From contig JBILRW010000004.1 in assembly GCA_044372405.1 (NCBI GenBank), forward strand, positions 7,171 to 71,170: a stretch of 64,000 nucleotides of DNA. Direction: 5' to 3'. This DNA is from Alphaproteobacteria bacterium. Lineage in GTDB: Bacteria; Pseudomonadota; Alphaproteobacteria; JAJTHO01; CANGYM01. The translations under genes and the position numbers were made by a program. This document shows positions 57,572-64,000 of this stretch, piece by piece (the stretch's first letter is position 1; the number at the start of each line of letters is the position of its first letter). The notes beneath the pieces were generated by a model. The model saw nothing but the letters and a program-made list of their open reading frames with translations. It searched no databases and was not told the DNA's origin.

Positions 57572-58903
57572 ATGCGTATCCGGTTGTGTTTTTTTTCCTG
57601 GGTGATCCTGATGATGGTTTTGGGGCTAACCCCCGCCCATGCGGAACTGGCGGTGGATATTAACCAGGGAACATTTAAGCCCATACCCATGGCCTTTGTG
57701 CCGTTTTCGGTGACGCAGGGGCAGGATGCGACGCTGGCGGAGAACATTCGCCGGGTGATTACCGCCGATTTGGACAGCACGGGACTGATTGATCCTGTGA
57801 ATCAAATGGCCTTTCCTGAGGATCTGGATGTGTTTGAGCGCGTTCCCGATTTTGCCAGCTGGCGGGCGGTTTCGGTTCAGCTGATCTTAACGGGCAAGGT
57901 CGAGCGCACCAGCACCAGTGCCATTAAGGTTCATTTTAAACTGTATGATGCGCTGCGTTCGGAAACGCTGCTGTATCTCAGCCTGACCACCCCCGTGGAC
58001 AACTGGCGCCGCTTGGCCCATTTGATTGCGGATCAGATTTATGAACGCATTACGGGGGAATCGGGCTATTTTGATTCCCGCATTGCCTTTGTGGCGGAAA
58101 GTGGTCCCCCCAAACGGGTTCAAAAACGCCTGGCGGTGGTGGATTCCGACGGGGAGAATCTGCGGTATCTCAGCGATGGTCGGAACTTGGTCCTGACCCC
58201 GCGTTTCTCGCCCAAAGAACCCATCATCACCTATTTGGAATACAAGGGCAACGGAACGCCCCAGGTGTATTTTCACCACATTGATACCGGCCGCAAAGAA
58301 ATTTTGGGACAATTTCCGGGCATGACCTTTGCCCCCCGATTTGCGCCGGATGGCAAGACCTTGGCCTTTAGTATGGAGGTGGGGGGGAATTCGGATGTTT
58401 ATAAATACGATATTCGCTCTCGCCAGAAAACGCGGCTGACCAATCATCCGGGCATTGATACTTCGCCGTCGTTTTCGCCCGATGGTAGCAAAATTGTCTT
58501 TAACTCGGACCGGGGCGGCACCCAGCAGCTGTATATCATGTCGGCCAATGGGGGCCCTGCCGAGCGCATTACCTTTGGTGAAGGCCGCTACACCACCCCC
58601 GTTTGGTCACCCCGGGGGGATTACATTGCCTTTACCAAATCACGTCATGGGACGTTTTATATCGGCGTGATTAAACCGGATGGGTCGGGCGAGCGATTAC
58701 TCACCAGCAGCTTTTTGGATGAAGGCCCCACCTGGGCCCCCAACGGTCGGGTCATTATGTTCTTTCGCGAAAAGCCTTTATCGCGGGGACAGAAGTCTTC
58801 TGAGCTTTTCACCGTGGATTTAACGGGCCGGAACCTGCGTAAAATACCCCTGGCGGTGCGGGCGTCCGATCCGGCCTGGTCGGGGCTGAATCCCAATTAT
58901 TAA
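57572..58903 (+). CDS. tolB: Tol-Pal system periplasmic protein TolB
   Basis: signal peptide, N-terminal TolB domain then WD40-like beta-propeller repeats (YFSPDGSKIVF, PVWSPRGDYIAF); no tolQRA or pal adjacent. Confidence 0.85.
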   Translation: MRIRLCFFSWVILMMVLGLTPAHAELAVDINQGTFKPIPMAFVPFSVTQGQDATLAENIRRVITADLDSTGLIDPVNQMAFPEDLDVFERVPDFASWRAVSVQLILTGKVERTSTSAIKVHFKLYDALRSETLLYLSLTTPVDNWRRLAHLIADQIYERITGESGYFDSRIAFVAESGPPKRVQKRLAVVDSDGENLRYLSDGRNLVLTPRFSPKEPIITYLEYKGNGTPQVYFHHIDTGRKEILGQFPGMTFAPRFAPDGKTLAFSMEVGGNSDVYKYDIRSRQKTRLTNHPGIDTSPSFSPDGSKIVFNSDRGGTQQLYIMSANGGPAERITFGEGRYTTPVWSPRGDYIAFTKSRHGTFYIGVIKPDGSGERLLTSSFLDEGPTWAPNGRVIMFFREKPLSRGQKSSELFTVDLTGRNLRKIPLAVRASDPAWSGLNPNY

Positions 58904-58917
58904 TGCGGGGAGGGCCT

Positions 58918-60075
58918 ATGGTCCGATTGGTCGCGTTCCTCTGGATATTAGTGTTAGGCAGCGCGAGCATGGCCCTGGCCGAAATCCCCATTGCCGCCGC
59001 GGGCCCCATGACCGGTCCCTATGCCAGCATTGGGGAGCAACTGCGGCGCGGGGCCAGTATGGCGGTAGAGGACATCAACGCCGCGGGGGGTCTGTTGGGT
59101 CAACCCCTGTCCCTGCGGATTATGGATGATGCGTGTGATCCGAAGCAGGCGACGTTGGTGGCGTCTCAACTGGCCAATGATCATTATACGTTTGTGGCGG
59201 GGCATTTTTGTTCCAGTGCGTCCATTCCGGCGTCCAATGTTTATAACGATGCGGGGATCATTATGGTCTCTCCGGCGTCCACATCCCCCACCCTCACCGA
59301 GCGTAATCTGACCAATATCTTTCGGGTGTGTGGCCGCGATGATCAGCAGGGGGTTATTGCTGCCGATTATATCCGCCGTCATTTTGGGGATCAGAGGCTG
59401 GCCATTATTCACGATAAAACCTCTTACGGCAAAGGCCTGGCCGATGTCACCAAAAAGGCATTGAATGAGGCCGGCCTTCAGGAAATTCTCTATGAAGGCA
59501 TCACCACGGGCGAGCGGGACTTTACGGCCCTGATTACCCGTATGAAATACCATAATATCGGTGTTTTGTACGTGGGGGGATACTTTACAGAGGCCGCTTT
59601 GCTCCGCCGCCAGGCCCATGATCAGGGCCTGAATATCCCGCTGATTTCTGGCGATGCGCTGGTGACGCGGGAATACTGGACCATTGCGGGGAAAACGGGG
59701 GAAGGCACGCTGATGACCTTTAACCCCGACCCTCGAAAAAACCCAGGCGCGGCCAAGGTGGTGCAGGCCTTTCGCGACCAAGGCTATGAGCCCGAGGGCT
59801 ATACGCTCTATAATTACGCCGGTGTTCAGGTGTATGCTGAGGCCGTCAAACGCGCTGGCACCACGGATGCCAAAGCCGTTCGTGATGTTATGCACGGCGG
59901 GACCTTTGATACCTTACTGGGCCCCATTACCTTTGATGCCAAGGGCGATGTGACCAAGCCGCAATATGTGGTTTATGAATGGTCCAAGGGGGAGTATGCG
60001 GAGATTGAGGATGGGGGACGGGGGACAGAGGACGGAAGACAGAGGACGGAAGACGGAGAAAAGAAGGGGAAGTAA
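58918..60075 (+). CDS. branched-chain amino acid ABC transporter substrate-binding protein (LivK/LivJ family)
   Basis: signal peptide, type-I periplasmic binding fold; last ~20 residues EDGGRGTEDGRQRTEDGEKKGK are encoded by a GGACRG repeat array. Confidence 0.8.
   Translation: MVRLVAFLWILVLGSASMALAEIPIAAAGPMTGPYASIGEQLRRGASMAVEDINAAGGLLGQPLSLRIMDDACDPKQATLVASQLANDHYTFVAGHFCSSASIPASNVYNDAGIIMVSPASTSPTLTERNLTNIFRVCGRDDQQGVIAADYIRRHFGDQRLAIIHDKTSYGKGLADVTKKALNEAGLQEILYEGITTGERDFTALITRMKYHNIGVLYVGGYFTEAALLRRQAHDQGLNIPLISGDALVTREYWTIAGKTGEGTLMTFNPDPRKNPGAAKVVQAFRDQGYEPEGYTLYNYAGVQVYAEAVKRAGTTDAKAVRDVMHGGTFDTLLGPITFDAKGDVTKPQYVVYEWSKGEYAEIEDGGRGTEDGRQRTEDGEKKGK
60015..60057. repeat. GGACRG-type tandem repeat array (single arm)
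   Basis: ggacgggggacagaggacggaagacagaggacggaagacggag, same unit family as the hairpin at 9373-9491. Confidence 0.8.
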
Positions 60076-60127
60076 GGCGAGGGCTTTGTTTTATAACAAT
60101 TCACTTTCAAAAAAATACGAATCTCAT

Positions 60128-60305
60128 CGTCATCCCGGACCAACGAGCGTTAGCGAGTGCCGAGCCGGGATCCAGCACATACGCCAAAACGCGAAGCGTT
60201 TTGTTCTTTGTTTTTAAAGAGTATATCGGCAAAAGGCTGCGCCTTTTGACAGTGGCGCTGGATACCGGATCTGCGTTCGCTAACGCTCACTTGTCCGGCA
60301 TGACG
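60128..60305. mobile_element. type-2 MITE-like element, copy 2
   Basis: termini cgtcatcccggac / gtccggcatgacg; internal region is the reverse complement of the copy-1 interior. Confidence 0.85.
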
Positions 60306-60349
60306 AAATGTGAGGGTTTTTTTTCACTGTGAATGGGTATACGTTGTTT

Positions 60350-60754
60350 TTACTGATCAAATAGACCTTGATAGACCCCATACCCCTCGGCCTGCAAATC
60401 ATCTTTGGCCACAAAACGGAGCGCGGCGGAATTGATGCAGTAACGATTGCCCCCACCCGGTCCATCGGGGAAAACGTGCCCCAAATGGGCGTCGGAGGTC
60501 ACGGATCGCACCTCAACCCGCCGCATCCCGTGGGTGGTGTCTGTTTTTTCGGTGATGTTTTGGGGATTGAGCGGCTGGGTAAAGCTGGGCCAGCCTGTGC
60601 CGGAATCAAATTTGTGGAGGGAGGCAAACAGAACCTCCCCCGAAATCACATCCACATACAGGCCCTCCCCCTTATGATCCCAATAGGGATTGTTAAAGGG
60701 CGGCTCGGTCCCGTTTTCTTTGGTGACGTGGTGTTGCAGGGGGGTGAGGGTCAT
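60350..60754 (-). CDS. msrB: peptide-methionine (R)-S-oxide reductase
   Basis: 135 aa with GTGWPSF and RYCINSAAL motifs of MsrB (SelR). Confidence 0.85.
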   Translation of the reverse strand: MTLTPLQHHVTKENGTEPPFNNPYWDHKGEGLYVDVISGEVLFASLHKFDSGTGWPSFTQPLNPQNITEKTDTTHGMRRVEVRSVTSDAHLGHVFPDGPGGGNRYCINSAALRFVAKDDLQAEGYGVYQGLFDQ

Positions 60755-60942
60755 AGAGGGAGAGTATGGGGGAGTTGGAGGCTTTTTCAAAGAAAAATAA
60801 TTTATGTAAAATTTATCTTGACTGCGCTGCACAGCAGGGCGCGTTTTGGCAGATATGATGGATCCCGTCGGGGCCCCAGGCTCGGTCCGGGATGACGGCG
60901 GAATTCGTGGTGTCTTGAAAACGAATGAGTAGGATACGTCCC

Positions 60943-61824
60943 CTACGGAAACGCCTTAACAATCACCCGACCAACCTTCATTTCGGGCAGCCAGATTTTG
61001 CCGTCCTGGATCAAAAAATCGGCAGGACCGGATAAATGTGTTAACACAGGCACCGCTTGCCCCCCCGACAGCGGGATTTGGTAAACTGAACCCGTGGCCC
61101 AATCCGACACAAATAAAGAATCCTGATAAACCGCCACCCCATCCAAATTCCCCAACAACGGCGAAAGTTGGGTGAACGCATAGGCATTTTCGCCCGTGCT
61201 CGTAATTTTCAGCACGGGACCATTGGCCTGGCCCGTATCCCCAAAACCCACGGCATACACGGCATCGTTATGATACGCCAAACCATTGGGACCCCGGAGT
61301 AAATCCACAGGAAACGACTGCTGAGACCCATCCGCCAGGGTAATGCGATAAAGACGCCCCGTATCGGTGCCCGAAACCAGCAAACGATCCTGGGGCGTGG
61401 CCACAATATCATTCAAAAACGCAACAGGCTGTTGATTAAACTGAACGGTGCGCGGCGCAAAGGAAAACGCCTGATCCACCTGGCGGGTCTCTACATTATA
61501 CCCATACACCTGATCAACATCCGTCACCCACAGGTGACCATTGGAAAAAACCAGACCCTTGGGGGCATTCAGCCCCTCCGCCCACTTGGCATCCAGCACC
61601 GTGCCATCGGGGGAAACCCGGGTGATGTAACCATCACCGTCTTTGGTTGTGGGGGCCAGCTCTTTACCCAGGTTGGAAATGTAATAGGACGTCCCGTCAA
61701 AGGCCACACTTTCCGGATGATCGAGCCCCGTAATCATAAAGCCCTCTGCCGCGGGCTCGCCCGCCCACGCCGCAACCGAAACGCCCAAAACCAACAGCAA
61801 CGCCAAACGAAAAACGGGAATCAT
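60943..61824 (-). CDS. SMP-30/gluconolactonase/LRE-like beta-propeller protein, secreted
   Basis: 293 aa with signal peptide; repeated blade motifs (GPNGLAY, NLDGVAV, PESVAFD). Confidence 0.7.
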   Translation of the reverse strand: MIPVFRLALLLVLGVSVAAWAGEPAAEGFMITGLDHPESVAFDGTSYYISNLGKELAPTTKDGDGYITRVSPDGTVLDAKWAEGLNAPKGLVFSNGHLWVTDVDQVYGYNVETRQVDQAFSFAPRTVQFNQQPVAFLNDIVATPQDRLLVSGTDTGRLYRITLADGSQQSFPVDLLRGPNGLAYHNDAVYAVGFGDTGQANGPVLKITSTGENAYAFTQLSPLLGNLDGVAVYQDSLFVSDWATGSVYQIPLSGGQAVPVLTHLSGPADFLIQDGKIWLPEMKVGRVIVKAFP

Positions 61825-61920
61825 GGTCTACCTCTAACAACATGGGGGATGATTCTTCTTTGTATATCCTAAAACAGGGGTCGGGGGAAGGGGGTAATGG
61901 TTTTTGAAAGTGAACAGTCT

Positions 61921-62640
61921 CTAAAACACCCCCACCCCATAAATCACCCGATGAATCACATAAGGATACTGCACCAACATTTTGTTTTGGTTCAGGGCCA
62001 GGATTTCCTGGGGGCGTAGCGGTTCCCCCCGGGCGGGATGGGCGTGGGCGCCGATGCGCTTTAGGGACAAAAGAAAATCAGCCAAGGTTAACGGTTTTGT
62101 TGGGTAAATCTGGGTGGTAATGCTTAGGGCTGCGGGATGCAGCAGGGCCACCAGATCGTCCTTTGTGGGCCAGGGAATGATTTTATCGGCCCGGCCCAGG
62201 GCATAAAGCGCCTCATAAAACGGTGCAAAGCTGCCGGATCCCAGGGTTGTTAAAGCAATCACGCCCTGGGGTTGCAAAAACGCCCGCCAGGACAGGGGCG
62301 CCCGGGGGTCATCAAACCACGGCAAACTCATGCTGCTGGTGATGACATCAAAATGGGGACCCGGGGCAAAGGGCAGGGCCTCCGCCCGTCCCACCACACG
62401 CTGCGCCGGCCGCTGAATCTGTTGCAGCATGGCCAGGCTGGGATCCACGGCGGTATAGCGGATGGGATCCGGCAGGGCCTCCCCCACAAACCCCGTCCCC
62501 GCGCCTATATCACAAAGGCTTTGCAGATGCGGACATTGCCCCTGAACCCAATGGGCCAAATCCGTGGCCACCTGCCGCTGAATCAGGGCGTGGTCGTTAT
62601 AACGGGCGGCGGCGCTGTCAAAGGCTTGGGGGGGACTCAC
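61921..62640 (-). CDS. bioC: class I SAM-dependent methyltransferase, BioC-like (malonyl-ACP O-methyltransferase)
   Basis: YNDHALIQRQVA and CDIGAGTG motif I as in BioC; GTG start overlaps bioH-like stop (GTGA). Confidence 0.55.
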   Translation of the reverse strand: MSPPQAFDSAAARYNDHALIQRQVATDLAHWVQGQCPHLQSLCDIGAGTGFVGEALPDPIRYTAVDPSLAMLQQIQRPAQRVVGRAEALPFAPGPHFDVITSSMSLPWFDDPRAPLSWRAFLQPQGVIALTTLGSGSFAPFYEALYALGRADKIIPWPTKDDLVALLHPAALSITTQIYPTKPLTLADFLLSLKRIGAHAHPARGEPLRPQEILALNQNKMLVQYPYVIHRVIYGVGVF

Positions 62641-63374
62641 GCCAAGACCTCCAAGATTGTCTCTGCGCACCAGGCCGGATGGGTCAGGGGCAACAGATGA
62701 CTGTGGCCCGGATGGATTGCCACCGTTTGGGCGTGGCTCGCCCAGGGGTAGGTGATGATGGGATCGTTAGCGGAGGTTAAGGCACAGAAAATGGGCGGGG
62801 GAGAATTGGATTTATCCACAACGTCATTGCGAGCCTCCGCAGGAGGCGTGGCAATCCAGTCTTTCGGCTCGCTGCATTTCTGGATTGCTTCGCTACGCTC
62901 GCAATGACGAGGGTTATGTGTAAATCCTTGGGAAACCTCTTTTTGCATGGCTTTCAAGGCGTCCTGCAGTATGTTTTGGGGCGTGATGCACGGATAGGGT
63001 CCCCCAGCCCTTTCCTGAAAATCCCGTAACACCTGGGTGGGATTTTTCTCAAAACCCCGCGCCATGGCCTGTAAAACCCGTAGGGGAATCCCCCCGGGAT
63101 TTTGGGGACTGGCCACAAAACAGGGGGCGCTGTTAATGGCAATCCATCGGGCATGAGGGAGCGCCTGATACCCCGAAAAAAAGCCATAAGAATGCCCGAT
63201 CCACAGGTCGTAATCCTCATGTCTCATCCCTAAAAAATCCCAGTTTTCCATAGCTTCACAGTGCCAGGACGGCGGCAGATACCGGATCATCTCCCCCCAT
63301 ATGCCGGGGCCATAGCCCCAACCGTGCACCAGCAACACCCGCATACTATGCCCCAACATAACTGGCGCGACCAT
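62637..63374 (-). CDS. bioH: BioH-like alpha/beta-hydrolase (pimeloyl-ACP methyl ester esterase) carrying an in-frame type-1 element insertion
   Basis: LLVHGWG, nucleophile elbow GHSYG, SAPCF, then after the insert ANDPI (Asp) and HPGHSHLLP (His) collinear with E. coli BioH; residues CERSEAIQKCSEPKDWIATPPAEARNDV are the translated repeat. Confidence 0.65.
   Translation of the reverse strand: MVAPVMLGHSMRVLLVHGWGYGPGIWGEMIRYLPPSWHCEAMENWDFLGMRHEDYDLWIGHSYGFFSGYQALPHARWIAINSAPCFVASPQNPGGIPLRVLQAMARGFEKNPTQVLRDFQERAGGPYPCITPQNILQDALKAMQKEVSQGFTHNPRHCERSEAIQKCSEPKDWIATPPAEARNDVVDKSNSPPPIFCALTSANDPIITYPWASHAQTVAIHPGHSHLLPLTHPAWCAETILEVLA
62808..62927. repeat. type-1 palindromic element, copy 9, inside bioH-like CDS
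   Basis: cgtcattgcgagcctccgcaggaggcgtggcaatccag...ctggattgcttcgctacgctcgcaatgacga; no stop codon in the host reading frame. Confidence 0.85.
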
Positions 63375-63864
63375 ACAGCGGCGTGAGGGGGGCCGACGGA
63401 GCGTTGAGATAATCCACGGGCAGTAGTGGCCCCGAAAAAGAGTGCGCCGGCGGGTGATTCGTGGTTTCCATAACCTCAGAGGCATCGCCGCCGTAGCTGA
63501 GGAAAACCTGATCCTTATAAAACGGCAAAATCATGGGTTGATCCGGCGGGATGACCTGCTGATGCAGGCGAAACCAACAGACACGCAGCGCATCAAAGGC
63601 ATTGACGCCCTGAGCCTGCCAACCGGAGAGCTTCAGCGCCACCCCCACCGCCAACCCGATACGAATGCCGGTAAAAGACCCCGGCCCCCGCACAATACGA
63701 ATGGTTCCTTGACGAAGGATTCCCTGATCCTTATCGGTCAGCAAAGCTTGCAACGTGGGTAATAAGGTTTCGGCCAGGCCCCGTTGTTCTAAAAAGAGAG
63801 GCTCATCCTCCCCCCTGACCATAAAGGGGGGTTGGGACACCGTGTTAATCAACACATCAGGCAC
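63346..63864 (-). CDS. tsaB: tRNA threonylcarbamoyladenosine biosynthesis protein TsaB (YeaZ family)
   Basis: 172 aa; RGLAETLLPTLQALL...RGPGSFTGIRIGLAVGVALKL matches the TsaB core; stop abuts bioH-like start. Confidence 0.65.
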   Translation of the reverse strand: MPDVLINTVSQPPFMVRGEDEPLFLEQRGLAETLLPTLQALLTDKDQGILRQGTIRIVRGPGSFTGIRIGLAVGVALKLSGWQAQGVNAFDALRVCWFRLHQQVIPPDQPMILPFYKDQVFLSYGGDASEVMETTNHPPAHSFSGPLLPVDYLNAPSAPLTPLYGRASYVGA

Positions 63865-64000
63865 AAGCCGCCTCCACCTTAACCGACTCCACGTTGAGAA
63901 GGGGCATCATGCGGGCGCGGGCCTCGGGCAAAGACAGCGAGCGGGGGGCCAAGAGACACATCTCTAAAAAATGTCCCGTAATGCTGAGGGCCTCATAGAG
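63861..64000 (-). CDS. 3' end of unidentified upstream gene (partial, runs off window end)
   Basis: minus-strand frame open from 64000 to stop at 63861 (...MMPLLNVESVKVEAACA), stop overlapping tsaB ATG. Confidence 0.3.

Noticed and set aside
58954-59895. 313-aa minus-strand ORF
   Set aside because: Antisense to the LivK-like gene, which has a signal peptide and a recognisable fold.

Overview
High-GC, repeat-dense bacterial chromosome segment, probably alphaproteobacterial. Gene content and synteny look like an eroded, rearranged genome such as a host-associated lineage. About 55 coding genes are mostly housekeeping. Three tRNAs are present (Arg-ACG, Ala-TGC, Cys-GCA). Several operon pairs are intact (lpxA-fabZ, cysI plus a siroheme-synthase-like domain, bioH-bioC, vapBC, parDE, phd-vapC), but many genes that are normally clustered sit alone (nuoC, gcvPB, fliS, fliD, hisI). 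A 23S rRNA gene lies at 42.1-45.65 kb with no 16S upstream and no 5S downstream. It carries three intervening sequences at the classical helix-9, helix-25 and helix-45 positions, each built around the same heptad tandem-repeat hairpin of (GGTGACA)n pairing with (TGTCACC)n. That heptad module recurs at mRNA 3' ends and in intergenic DNA. The window also holds nine copies of a ~120-bp palindromic element. One copy is inserted in-frame in a bioH-like esterase gene, as Rickettsia RPEs do. A second, 177-bp MITE-like family has two full copies in opposite internal orientation plus two fragments. A ~325-bp element is present twice. A GGACRG-type repeat forms hairpins and a coding tail. Two ISAs1-family IS remnants are present, as is an N-terminal mfd fragment (pseudogene). 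Four toxin-antitoxin modules and AT-rich orphan ORFs next to tRNA genes complete the picture; one orphan is a eukaryote-like LRR protein. No CRISPR array, prophage or intact IS was seen. All assignments rest on reading the translated ORFs and the sequence; no database search was possible.
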